Source of the DNA: Mobula birostris
Taxonomy: Eukaryota
Assembly: GCF_030028105.1 (NCBI RefSeq)
Contig: NC_092389.1
Span: forward strand, 26,909,308 to 26,973,307
Length of the DNA stretch: 64,000 bases
Direction: 5' to 3'
Shown: positions 25,684-37,972 of the stretch, one piece after another
Position numbering within the stretch: position 1 is the first letter of the stretch
Layout: each line of letters opens with the position of its first letter
Program-made: the position numbers and the translations under genes
The notes under the pieces: generated by a model
Seen by the model: only the letters and a program-made list of their open reading frames with translations
Told to the model about the DNA's origin: nothing
The model's database searches: none

Positions 25684-26600
25684 CAGAACATAGAATACAG
25701 CACAGGAGCAGGCCCCTTCAGCCCACGATGCTGTGTCACACTAATTAAGATAATGACACCTAATCCTTTCTGCCTGCACACGGTCTATGTCACTCCACTC
25801 TCAGCATACTCATGTACCCATCCGAAAGTCTATTAAATGCTGCCGTCGTAGCTGTCTCCACTACCACCCCAGGCTGTACATTCCAGACACACACCACTCT
25901 GAATTAAGAACTTGTTCCATACATCTCACTTGAACTTTCCACCTCTCACCTTAAACGCATGCCCTCTCGTATTAGACATATCAACTCCGGGAGAAAGATA
26001 CTGGCTGTCTACTCCATCTACGCTTTTCGTAATCGTATAAACCTTTTTCAGATCCCTCGACAGCTTCCGCCATTCCAGGGAAAACAACTCAAGTTTATCC
26101 AACCTCTCCTTATAGAATATGCCCTCCAATCAAGGCAGCATTCTGGTAAACCCCTTCTGCACCCTCTCCAAAGCTTCCACATTCTATTATGTGGTGACCA
26201 GAATTAAATGCAATTCAGATGCAGCCTAACTGGAGTTTTATTAACTTGCAACACAATTTCCTGACTCTTGAACTCAATGCCACAAATAATAAAGGCCAGA
26301 ATGCCATATGATTCTTTCGCACCCTATTGGCATGTGCAGCCACCTTCAGTGAGGAATTGCCTTGGATCCAAAGATCCCTCTGTACTTTCCCTCTACGTGT
26401 GATCTCCTCATACTTTAGATGAACTAAACTTCATCTGCCATTTTTCTACCCATATCTGCAACTAATCAATATCCCACTGTGTCCTTTAGCAGTCTTCTAT
26501 ACTAGCCACAATGCCCCCAACCAATCTTCGTCTCATCTGCAAGGTTACTAACCCACCCATGCACAATTTCATCCACGTTTATTTTATTTTATATATATTG
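25684..26600 (-). mobile_element. CR1 LINE 3' fragment
   Basis: YKERLDKLELFSLEWRKLSRDLKKVY..NTRGHAFKVRGGKFK, with an AGAACATAGAA tail. Confidence 0.85.
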
Positions 26601-26608
26601 ATGATGAT

Positions 26609-26880
26609 GATGACGACGACGACGTTGACTCAGGTCTGAGAGGCCAGCATTGGGGATTTTCATGCCTTACAAGGCGCGGAATGAGAGACTGCGCGGCGCG
26701 CCACTCCTCACACAGACATTTCACAGTATTTTTCTTTTATTCTACGAGGTCGAGTTGCGAGCTTGACACTCAACCTGGCACGGATGGAAAGCATACTCGG
26801 GAACAGCCCGACTGGATTCAAGCCCGGGAGCCTCCGTTCCAGAGTCCGGCACTGATGTCACTGCGCCACCAGCCAACGTC
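26609..26880 (-). mobile_element. tRNA-derived SINE, (CGT)n(CAT)n tail type
   Basis: A-box TGGCGCAGTGA, B-box GCTTGAATCC, microsatellite tail. ATATATAT flanks both sides. Confidence 0.8.
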
Positions 26881-26892
26881 ATCATATATATA

Positions 26893-27093
26893 TCTGCAGA
26901 TGCTGAAAATCCAAGCAACACACACAAAATGCTGGAGGAACTCAGTAGGCTGGGCAGCATCTATGGAAGAGAGAAAATAATTGACATTTTGGACCGAGAC
27001 CCTTCTTCAGTCTCGGCCTGAAACGTCAACCGCTTACTCTTTTCCATAGATGCTGCCTGGCCTGCTGGGTTCCTCCAGCATTTTGTGTGTGTT
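26893..27093. mobile_element. Fold-back Penelope-like pLTR pair
   Basis: 26917-27000 and 27010-27093 are reverse complements of each other around a CCTTCTTCA loop. Confidence 0.85.
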
Positions 27094-27566
27094 CCCTAAT
27101 GAGGCCATGCTTTTCCAAATGCTCATTAATCCCATCCCTGAGAATCCTCTCCAATTGCCTGACATAAGACTCACCGATCTATAATTTCCTGAAATATACC
27201 AATTTCCCAACATTTGCTTTTTGCCTGTGGTGAAAGAAAACTTGATTGGTAACGTGCCTGAGAAAAAGCCTAGGAAATGTTTAAAAAAGTTAGGATATGC
27301 CTGATAAAATTGCAAGATAGTGGTGGCAAAACTGGCAACAGGGTGCTTGCATTCACTTAACTACATGCCAGTATCACACTGACCTCATTCACTACACACA
27401 AGCAAGAGTCTCTAAAGTCTCTCTCTTTGTTACCCGGTAATGACGACAGACGTATACACCTCAAGATGATAGTCAAGATCAAAGAACTGGATTTGATTAA
27501 TTTACTGCAACAAATGCTTGGTCACATGTCACACTTTCCTGTTAAGACATCCATTAAGCTGTAGAA

Positions 27567-27646
27567 TGGGGATTCCCAAACTGAGGTCCATGGACCCCTC
27601 AGTTAGTGGTAGGAGTCCATGGCATAAAAATGGTTGGTAACCCCTG
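27567..27646. mobile_element. 80-bp hAT (Charlie-type) MITE
   Basis: TIR TGGGGATTCCCAAACT..GGTTGGTAACCCCTG. 8-bp TSD CTGTAGAA/TTGTAGAG (NTCTAGAN-like). Confidence 0.7.
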
Positions 27647-27722
27647 TTGTAGAGTCAGAGCACAAAAACAAGCCCTTCAGTCCACTGAGTATGCATGGTC
27701 CATCAAGTTACTTACACCAACG

Positions 27723-28233
27723 CAGACATCCCACCCTGCAAAAACTCATTTCAGGGAGGTAGCACCATCAATTTGCGGGAGACTCCTGGAACTTCCGGAA
27801 GAGGTGGGATGTCTGCAATAGAGTAGCTCCTTAGCAGCTGGCCAGCTAGTTTAAATAACGTTAGCTATGCTAATGAATGAAAGACACCTGTTAAACTCAC
27901 CTCAACATGTCTTTTACGGTCTTAACACACATGGGCAATAGAAAAGTCACTGTTGCAAAAAGTGCAGTGAGCAACACTGTCATTATTTTGACCCCTATTA
28001 GGCAGGGGTACACTTTAGTGTAGTTTGGGGAGACGTACGTTTTATATTTTCTTTTTTTGGAACACTCTGCCATGGCGCTCGCGCGCACGCGCACTCTCTC
28101 TCTCTCTCTCTTGCTCTCTTGCTTGCTCTCAAAAAACCAATTTCCGGGATATTATATATAACTTGCGGGCATCAGGGAGCCACTATCAATATGTGGGAGA
28201 CTCCCAGAACTTCTGGGAGAGGTGTGATGTCTG
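27723..28233. mobile_element. Non-autonomous TIR DNA transposon inserted in a minus-strand V-SINE (about 27650-28400)
   Basis: TIR CAGACATCCCACC / GGTGTGATGTCTG. CCAACG on both sides (27717-27722, 28234-28239). Confidence 0.8.
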
Positions 28234-29179
28234 CCAACGTTACCACAACCCACTTTATTACCATCAACTGCCCCAATTCTACCATTCACCTGCACATTAG
28301 GGGCAATTTACTACAGCCAATTAACCTATCAACCTGCACATCTTTGGAATATAGAAGGAAACAACATCACCCAGAAGAGTCCCTATCAAAAGGGCGCATG
28401 TGCTAGGGAGCCACCTGGCCTCCCTTCAGATTTCTCCATTGTCTCAAACAACCATCCTAACTTAATCCAGCTAATCTTAATTTAAAGAAATACAGTGAAT
28501 TGTCAAAATTCGAGGTAACAGGCAGTCCTAATTTAAAGAAATGGCTTGTAAAAATTAGAGCTGTTAGAAGTTTTGCTTTTTTAGGTAACTTTATGGATTA
28601 AAACTTCATAATCACTTTATTAGTTAGATGAGGAGAAAGGTTTGTAAAAAAAATTAAAAGCATTCAAAACAAGATCACATTATTTGTACAACAAGACATG
28701 TATTAAAATGATTCACTTGCATCAATAAATAAGATTAGCTTTATTTGTCATACGTACCTTGAAACAAACAGTAAATGTGTTACTTGCATCCGGGATGTGC
28801 TGGGGGCAGCCCACAAGTGTCAGCACACTTCAGGAAACAACACAGCGTGCCCGCGACTAACTAACACTAACTCAACAAGTGCCAAGAGCTAGTCAATTAC
28901 GGAGGTACCACTTCTGACAGGAAGAGGAGCTGAATATAGAGATCAATGCAATGAATTTTGTCTTCAAGGACCTGCGTGCTGAAACGTCACAATTTCGTCA
29001 ACTTTACTCATGTGAAGGTCAGCAAAGTCGTTTGCAAAACCTTATGACAAACCTACTCAATCACAGGGAGAACATACACTACACACTCCTTACAGACAAC
29101 AGCAGGAATTGAACCTCAATCTTACAGCTGGCTGCTGTAAAGCTTTGTGCTAACCGCTACACTACCTCGACACCCCAGC

Positions 29180-30200
29180 TGTACACTTCCCTCATCCTCA
29201 TGTGCTTACAGCCAACTCCCTTTACTTGCACACGTGCCAGTTTTCAATTATGACAGCTACAATGCTCATTCACGTTCCTCCCTCTTGTAACACCAGACAG
29301 AGGCAGCAAGGGCTATACAGACATACCAGAATGCCCCAACTCCCATCCTGGATACGAACGAAGCCTGATTTTATTGCCATCAGTATAGCTGGTGATTAAG
29401 GTGCTTGAAACCATTAAGAGTAACAGCATCCTCATACCAAATGCTCTCATATCCCACTTCCTCTTCTCACATGGTGTCCTGTCCATAGTAGCAGTCTTAA
29501 GCTTCCTTCTGTGTGACATTTCAACTCCCCTTTTCCTCTCCCACACCAACTTGTCTGTCCTCGGCCTTCTCTACTGCCAGGGAGAGGCCAAAATGAAACT
29601 AGAAGAACTGCACCTCATGTTCCACTTGGGTACCTTATGGCATGAACAGTAAATCTTCCGATTTCTGGTAACTCCTATCCTCATGTTCCTTTCTGACTCC
29701 CTCTCGTCCTCCCAGGTTCTCGTTTCTTGTTTACCTTTTATATTTCTGTCCTGTCATTACACCGCCCCCCCACCTCCACTGTCCCGACTCCCCAACCTGG
29801 TTCCATCAGCCCGTCAACCACATACCTATCCATCCACGTTTCTCACTTGGTTCTTTTTCTATCCCCACCTGGTTCCACCCACCCCTCCCTTATCTCATTC
29901 TTCCCATCACCCAGCAGCAGTCTCCATCTCAATAATCCCCCCCGCCCCCCCCCACCTGTCTCCAACTGTCCATCAACACCACCTCTTATGTGGTTGTACC
30001 CATCACCTATCATCTGTCTCCCCTAGCCATCTTCCCTCTCCATGCTGACCTGATGAACAGTGCCCACTGTTCCTTTGTCCCCACTGACCCCCTGAGCTTT
30101 TCCAGCAGCTTGCACTCAACTCCAGCTTCTTGCATCTCCTCTCACAAACAAGCTGCAGCCTGCAAAAATATTCAGCTGTTATTAATTCCCCCACCTTCCC
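29180..30200 (+). mobile_element. Degraded Penelope-like element (Neptune-type GIY-YIG and pyrimidine-rich 3' region)
   Basis: SHTNLSVLGLLYCQGEAKMKLEELHLMFHLGTL matches the 52400-52570 element. Confidence 0.7.
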
Positions 30201-30299
30201 CTTCACTGCAACCTTGCTCTCTCATCTTTTCTCCTTTTAGTTACCTCAGTAGCGGAGTATCGTACACAGGAAAGCAGTGATTCTAGTATAGACGACGGG

Positions 30300-30930
30300 A
30301 ATGATGCAGCAATGCCTGATTTGACCTTGGCATCAGCTTAGAGATTGTGACCAAGGCACTGAGTACAAATGGCTTTCAAACAAGCCAGGGAGAATGCACA
30401 CCGTAGCTGACTAGAGGAAGGGGACACACAGTCTATAAAACATTCAAATCAAGACTTTGATAAGATAGTCTAGAGTTGGAGTCTGATAGGCAAACACAAT
30501 TAAACACATGATGATGACAGCCAAAAAGGGGACTGAGTTGAAGAACGTGGAAAAATCTGGAACCAACATCACCAGAACTTTATGCAGAGCAGGTGAGCCA
30601 GCCTTTTTGAAGCTGGAAAAGGTGGCCAGCTCCATCTGAACACTTGTGTATCTGATGTCACAACATCTACTACAGCTCAGTCGGCAGTCTCCCAATGTCT
30701 CAGTCATGGACTGAACAAGACTGCAAGAATGAAATACCATCTTTTGGTTCATGGCTGTGGATTAAATGTTCAAAAGTCTTGAAGAATATAACAGCAGTCC
30801 AACAATTTAGATTACTCTGGTGGCTGATGACATCCTGAGGTGTCGCAGCCAATCGAATCACAAAGCACAAGTCTGTTATCTCTCTGGCTGACACCGCTGT
30901 CACTCCACCAGTGTTCTTGGTATCAGTCAC
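30300..30930 (-). mobile_element. Very degraded RTE-like endonuclease fragment
   Basis: Weak remnants (RLSCSRCCDIRYTSVQMEL, cf. RGADCWTDHRLIRSKL). Confidence 0.3.
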
Positions 30931-30948
30931 TCAAACAGTAAAGAATGG

Positions 30949-31080
30949 AAACATGAGAGACTTGCAGATGCTGGAATCTGCAGCAACACACAATCTGCTA
31001 GAGTCCTGGCGCAGTGTTTTAACAAAACAGTGACAATTCCTCTCCTCTCACCCATGTGAGTTCCTCCAGCAGATTGTTGA
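30949..31080. mobile_element. Decayed miniature fold-back PLE pLTR
   Basis: AAACATGAGAGACTTGCAGATGCTGGAATC..CAATCTGCTAGAG followed by GAGTTCCTCCAGCAGATTG. Confidence 0.55.
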
Positions 31081-32809
31081 GCTAGTGGAGACTCATGTTA
31101 GTGCTAAAGATAGGCCTTCTCGGCCCACATTAACCTGGGGTCGTCCTCTCATCTACAATCTCTCCACAGAAAGTTTATCAGTCATTCTACAGAAACCAGG
31201 GGGCTGTGCTAAGGAGCATCGAGCAAGGAATGCAGAAAGATGACTTTTACTTTTGTGATTCAACTGGTTACAAAACTCTCCTGCTTACCCCCGCCCATCA
31301 ACCCACCACTACTGAGTAAGCCGAGACATAGTTCAAGGTGATGAGAGAGAGCATGAAAACTAAAAGAGTAAAGAAGGGAGGAAGGGCTGAACAAAAACAC
31401 AAAGCAAACTGTCTTTTCTGTGAACAAGTAACCAATGGTGGATGTTTTGGAAGAAAGAAAAAACCCTTATATATTTGAGGCCCTGGACCAGGGAACATTA
31501 TAGCCACAAATACTTTCTTGTTGGGCCCACATCTCTTTTGGACAGACTACCCTTATTCTCCTTTAGAGCACACACTACATTCCCTTCTGCTGAACACACT
31601 GGCCCGCAGCTCTGAGGCAGAATTGTTCTGAGAATGCAGACCTCTGGTTGGTTGCCGCGGCGACAGACATACCATAACTCTGACCCCAGAGGAGGGTTAC
31701 GTTCTGTCCCAGCAGGGATTCTTAGCAGCTGCTCTGCAGCTGTTGTATCATTCCAGCTCCCAAAATGCCCCGCTCTCTCCCACCCTACCCACTACCGAAG
31801 TACCGGCAGCTAAACAAAATTTAACTGCAAAATAAATAATGAACCAAGTTCACACAGACTGCTAATCCTCACTTAGCTTTAAAACGCCAGGGTTAGGATG
31901 TCACAAAAACAGGATGTTGGTATTTGATTGTTTGCAAGAAAATGTTTAAAGAAAAATATTATTGCCTCAAGGAGATTAGTTCTTGCCAGTGGTGCGCTTT
32001 TAAACCTGATTTTAAACCTGAAAATCTCCAGAGATAGGCATGCCCCACAGAAATATCCTTTATATTATTATTTTGACTCTCATGAGTAGGGTAGCTATGC
32101 AACTTTCACACAACCAGGCTACATCCACCCAAGGGGCTTCAAGCAATAACTGAAACTCTGAATAATTCAACTGATCGAAAAAAATACGCCTTCCAAAAAT
32201 TTTCAGGTGAATCAATGAAAGAATTAACTTAGGATTCAGTTTCACACAAATTCAGATATCCCCTTAAAATAATAATTGACTTTGGGTGAATATTTAAAAA
32301 CGGAATATTTTAAACTCAAACTCAGAGACCTTGAAAGGGATATCTAGCTGCCACTTTGGAAAGAATCGCCAACTTTTCTGACATTTTACACGAAAAGACC
32401 GACTTCTGGATGGGAAGGTACTGGAGAGATCAAAGTCACTAATTGGCAAACAGAACCGGCAATTCTTTCTGCATTATTGACTCCTGTTCCCTACCACAGA
32501 TAAAACTTGTTGGCTAGTGGTTCTCCTGAAACCTCGGGTCTGATTAAAGATTTTTAATTAAATTTCTGGATCAGATCACCAGTTTCAGGACAACAGTAGG
32601 ATACTGGTTTCCCACATCACCAATGGGTTAGGGAAAGGAAAACCTCACATTAGACCACTTCTGCAAAATTTATCAATCCAACTAACTTGAGCCCTCGCAG
32701 GAGACACGCAAGGCAAGATCAGTGCTACCACACTCACCGCAGCCTACCAATATTCATCCAGATACATTCTGTATTACAATAACCTTATAACTTTTATACT
32801 TGTTCCCTC

Positions 32810-33143
32810 ATGAGACGTGGACCTCACTGGCAATACTGGTATTTATTTATCGCCCAGCCCTAAATGCACCTGAACTGAGAAAACAGTCAAAATCCATTAT
32901 ATTGTTGGGTGTGAAGTCATGTATAGTCTAAATGAGTAAAGATGGCAGATTTCATTCCCGGAGGAACAGCATTGAGGCAGGTGGGCTTTCATTAAAATGC
33001 AGGAGCTTCAAGCTTAACGCTACTGAGACCGCATTAATTCCAGATTTATTTAGTTATCCAAATTTAAATTCCACAGCTGTCATGGTGGGATTCAAACCCA
33101 TGTCGCAGGCTGCTAGACCAGTAATTTAACCACTCCACTGCTA
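32810..33143 (-). mobile_element. Old tRNA-derived SINE with CR1-type tail
   Basis: Minus-strand head TAGCAGTGGAGTGGTTAA..GGGTTTGAATCCCACC. Its tail is related to 33245-33300 on the plus strand. Confidence 0.6.
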
Positions 33144-33154
33144 TATCCTGTTAC

Positions 33155-33320
33155 CTTGGAACTCTCTACCCAACAGTAAGATAGGTGTACCTTCACAGAA
33201 AGGCAGCAGTCAGGCAATTTGTTCTCCAACCACCATCTTTCCGAGGGCAATTAGGAATGGCAAATAAATGCTGGTCTGACTAGTGATATTCAGATCCCCC
33301 AAAAAATTAAAAATAAACTA
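33155..33320 (+). mobile_element. Old CR1 3' end
   Basis: TGGAACTCTCTACC (WNSLP)..GAGGGCAATTAGGAATGGCAAATAAATGCTGG. Confidence 0.6.
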
Positions 33321-33559
33321 AGATAGTTGAGCATTAAACCTTAGAGAAACACATGAAATCCAAATAACTCCCAATACAAATACAACCACAGAGCATAAGG
33401 GTCAAATTAAATGAACCACAGGGGATTATTCAACCTGGTAGATCTCACTGAGACATGCAAGATTATCAGGCCTGGAAATTAAATCCACAAGGTTATTTTG
33501 ACTGGAGGAAATATAGAACAAATAGTGAAGGAAGAGCAGCCATCAGGGACAAGGTTGAA

Positions 33560-34350
33560 ACTACTTTGACCACAAAAATAACAAGAAGTAAGCAAAATGG
33601 AATGAATTAAGAACTAGAAACCAGATGAAGAACTAAAGGCAAAGACTAGCATAAATCCTGGTATCTGATAGGCACACAAAAAAAACAGTAAATTGTGATA
33701 AATAAAGATGCTAAGAGGTATTAAAAAGGAGTAGATAAGAAAGTTAAGGAAAGCAACATACCACATTGGCTATAATTATATTAAGAAGAGGAAGATGGAA
33801 GATGAACTTCTTGAAAACAATCATGGTGATATTACAAATGGAAAAAAGGTGAGAGGCACGTTGAAGGACTACCCTGTCAGCACCTAGAGTAGAAGATAAC
33901 ATTGCAAGGAGGTTTACACCATATCAAGGGAGGAGAATTCGACATAATGGAAATAAACAACAGCTGAAGGAATGATAAACTCCCAGAAATAAATGATTTC
34001 ATGCATAAGATGTGGTTAAAAAAATCTAGAAAAAATTGTGGATACCCTATAACATTCCGTACTTCTGATTCAAAAACATTCCCTTAGATGTCACTTAATA
34101 GATTAAGAATGGTGAGAAGGGAGAGCTCAGAAACCATTGACGTTTACACACGTATAGTGGGTTAATTTCCTGGAACTGAAGTGATCGAATCCCTAAAAAT
34201 TTTCAGCTGATCGTGGGGATCCAGCACAGGCTTCGTAAAAGCAAGGCATACTTTATAACCTGGTTTGAATCTTTTGAACTGATGCCTATATTAGTGAATG
34301 GAGATTACCTATAGACATTATATCGATGGACGTCAGGAAGCTATCAAGTT
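33560..34350 (+). mobile_element. Old CR1 ORF2 fragment
   Basis: Degraded tether/RT-start remnants (QHRLRKSKAYFITWFESFE, YIDGRQEA). Confidence 0.45.
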
Positions 34351-34529
34351 GGCCTTGCTGTTTTCAAATTAGATGACCAAAGAAAGAACTTGTACTTCTG
34401 AAATGTAAGGAGCCCTAAAGGTGTGCTTAGCTATAGTGCAAGGAACAAGCCAGTTAATTCACACACAGCAACCATGCACAATGCAAATGTGACCCGACAC
34501 CTTCTGCACTATTGCTTAGAAGATAAAGG

Positions 34530-35338
34530 ACTGTGTGCTTAGGCACAGTTCAAACGCCATCCATAAACTTGCCGACGGCACCTCTGTGTTGGCAGAATCT
34601 CAGATGGCAATGAGAGGCATACAGGAGTGAGATAGATCTGCTGGTTGAATGGTATCACAACAACAACCTCATTCAATGTCAGCAAGACTAAGGAATTGAT
34701 TGTGGATTTCAAGAAGGGGAAGTTGGGAGAGCACACACCAGGGGTCAGCAGTGGAAAGAGTGAGCAGTTTCAAGCTCCTGGGCATCAATCTAACTTCTGC
34801 TCAATACACTAATGCATTTACAAAGTAGGCATGCTTGTGGCTCAACTTCATTAGGAGTCTGAGGAGATTTGGTACGTCACCAAAGACTCTTTCAAGTCTC
34901 TATAGATGTACGATGGACAAGATTCTGACTGGTTGAATTTCAGCCTGGTATGTAGACTCAGCCAATTCCATCATGGGCATAACCCTCCCCACCATTGAGG
35001 ACATCTCCAAGAAGCGGCACTTCAAGAGGCAACATCAACCACCAAGGAACCTCACCACCTGGGACTTGTCCTTTTCTCCTGACTACCATCGGGGTCACGA
35101 GGCACAGGAGCCTGAAGACCCACACTCAACGATTTAGAAAGAGTTTTTCTCCTCATCTGCCATCAGAATTCTGAACAGCCTATGAACCCATGAACACAAA
35201 CTTGTCATTCCTCTCTTGAACTATGTATTTATACTTGTAACGTATAGCATTTTTTAATGTCTTGCACTGCCCTGCGACCACAAAACAACAAATTTGACAA
35301 CATATGCCAGTGATAATAAACCTGATTCTGGTTCTGAA
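34530..35338 (+). mobile_element. Rex1/Babar LINE 3' fragment
   Basis: HKLADGT, NVSKTKELIVDFKKG and FKLLG remnants. Tail GATAATAAACCTGATTCTGGTTCTGA. Confidence 0.8.
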
Positions 35339-35739
35339 CCCTCTTCTTCAAAATAGTGTAGTGGTATCATTAGATCACTTGAGTACACAGAAATGATAAC
35401 TGATATGTTTCTAAATTCAGCATCAGATTGCAAATACAACATAAATACTGCACAAACAAACTTCTTAAGTATCTGAACTGATTTTCAAATTAAGCATGTT
35501 ACATGTTAACATTGTGCAGCTCTGTCCACAAATACACAGAACTTCTCATCTTCTGCTGGAGCTGTTTATTACTGAAGGTCTCCATTAGCACTGGTTCTGT
35601 TCTTTAAACTGACAGGATGTCCCAAGGTGAGGATTCTGATGATGGGTACTGAGGACATCAGTGCACGCTCGTTTCAATCAGCCACATACCTTCATTCAGC
35701 AGAACATGTATTAAACCCGGTTTCTTTGAATGTGATTAG

Positions 35740-35933
35740 CCAGTGGTGTAGTGACATCCACGCTGGACTTCGGAGCGAGAGGTCCCGGGTCTGAATTCGG
35801 CCAGCTCCATGCACGCTTTCCATCCCTGTTGAGTTGAGCATTGAGCTGGCAACTGGACCTTGTAAAACAGACAAACGCTAAAGAAACGGCAAGGTCACCA
35901 CCTGATGCCCAAGCAAGGCGTGGGGAGGAACAT
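35740..35933 (+). mobile_element. tRNA-derived SINE, second tail type
   Basis: Head and body match the 26609 and 40654 copies. TSD TTTGAATGTGATTAG (35725-35739) / TTTCAATGTGATTAG (35934-35948). Confidence 0.8.
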
Positions 35934-37193
35934 TTTCAATGTGATTAGGTGGGGAACAGTGAACAAAGAAGTTTAAAAAAACTAATGCAAATAACACCAC
36001 CAAAAGGGACCGGCAGTATTTCCTACCGAAGCCCTATTTCAGAATTCCTAAAGATTGGTGATACCCGAAATACTAATTTGTTTTATTGCTTTTAGCAGGC
36101 CACTCTGTACATTTCCAGCATGTGTAAGTAAATGTTCAGCCCAGCATTGTGAGCCAAAGGGCCTGTATTGTGCTGTAGGTTTTCTATCTTCTACGTTCTA
36201 TATGTATCCGGTTCTTGAGTTCCCATTGTAGAGTTCCCACCCTTGCCCATTTTAGGGTGGTCTTTTCACACTGCAGCGATATACTCCAGATTTACTTGCA
36301 TCTTTTCAGGATTTTTAGTCCAAAATTAGCTCCTCACTCCATTATTTTAAATGCAAAGCTCTGTTTCACAATGATGCAAAGAGGGCAGCATTTCTTCAAC
36401 GACGCAGCTGGAAGTCTGCCATGATCATACAGAAGCCCTTTAATATGCCTCTATTGGCACATCTGTATCAATCAAGTTAAACATTTACTAGACTGAAGAA
36501 TGGCTTGTTTTCAGAATCCTTTTTTCTCTAAATTAAATCATTTACTACCATTTCCCCTTTCTCCAGCCACATCTGGCGAGTGCCGAGACTCCCATATGGA
36601 GTTCATTCCCCTCCACCCCCACCCCCAACACAAACAGGCATCTAAACAAATATCGACAGTACATTTGATTGCAGATGAGCCATCACAGACTGCTTCCATA
36701 CCCCAAGCCATCGACATTTTATGCACTTTGCATATTCCACAAATTTGCAGAAACCAGTCAGTGCCTTGTAAAGCATTAAGCAGTTCATTCTCAGCGAGCT
36801 AATAAACATTTTATTTGAGAGCCTACAGGTGGGAAATTCAGTGGAACACAAAGCCTATGGTGTAGTGAACTACTCAACAAATTAGTATAAAATTAAAAAG
36901 AATTCCTTTGTTCTTTCTACAATGGGACAGACATCCATACAATGTTCTCAATGACAATGGCAAGGCAAGTAATCTGGTCTAATCCAGGGTCACTGAGTCA
37001 CAGGGGAGAGACGCATGTATTTAAAAGAAGGTTAGTCTGACAGGGAACAATGTTATGATTAGTTGTCAGTGGGGTAGAATCCATAGTCATTGGAGGGAGG
37101 CGAAGATCAGTGGAAAGAAAGTGAATTTGGTAAATAAGGAAGAGATGTTGATGGCTGGGAGGAGTACGGTGATCAACAACATGGAGTCAGAAA

Positions 37194-37488
37194 TGTTCTA
37201 CCCCTACCCCTGGGGTCAGGGGTAGAACAATAGATCAGTGGGCAGGGTGAGGGGCGGCATGGCTCCTGGGGTGGCATGGCTCTCGGCATGGCTCCTGGTC
37301 CAAGCAAAGGGGTGCACTTGGTGAAGACGTGTGGATGGGCAGGGATGTCAGGGAATTAGTCAGGTCCCATCCTGCTGCTGTGAAAGTGTGCAACAGAGAG
37401 TGCAGTCCAGGCACATGAGCAGCTTTCACTGGGTGCCAAAGCACTTGTACGTCGTCGTCCTTGATTAAACAACTCGTGTGAAGTCATC
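37194..37488 (+). repeat. Unclassified GC-rich repeat starting with a 36-nt hairpin
   Basis: TGTTCTACCCCT/AGGGGTAGAACA inverted repeat, then 3 x GGCATGGCTC. Confidence 0.4.
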
Positions 37489-37564
37489 AATTTTATTGAA
37501 ATCAGATCAAGTTAGACAAAAGTATAAGGTATTTCCATTATCAAATTTTTGAAGCAAATTGTTT

Positions 37565-37972
37565 TTCCTACTCAAAAGTTGTAAGAATAATGGAGGCCTA
37601 TAGGCAGCAGGGAGACATTAGATTGATCATAGAGTGGATTTATAGAGGTCGGCACAACATTGTCAGCCAAAGGGCCCATCTTCTGCTGTATTGCTCTATG
37701 TCTATAGAACACAGAACAGTACCGCACACTACAGGCCCTTCGGCCCACAACATTGTGTCGAGTACTCTACAACTCAGGTTCTCCGTATTATTTATTTATT
37801 TATCATTATTATTTGCCGTTTGCCTTCTTTTGTACATTAGCAGTTTGTCAGTCTTTTTTTGTTTATAGTTTTTCACTGACTGTTGTAACACCTGCAAAAA
37901 AATGAATTCTACGGTAGTACTGTACATGGTGACATATATGTACTTTGAGAATGCATTTACTTTGAACTTTGA
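37565..37972. mobile_element. CR1 3' ends back to back (37565-37760) and a Rex1-type 3' tail (37770-37972)
   Basis: Plus CR1 tail ..TGTATTGCTCTATG abuts minus CR1 tail ATAGAACACAGAACAGTAC. TTTACTTTGAACTTTGA tail follows. Confidence 0.6.

Noticed and set aside
29683-30280. Pro/Ser/His-rich ORFs
   Set aside because: They arise from the pyrimidine-rich low-complexity 3' region of a degraded PLE.
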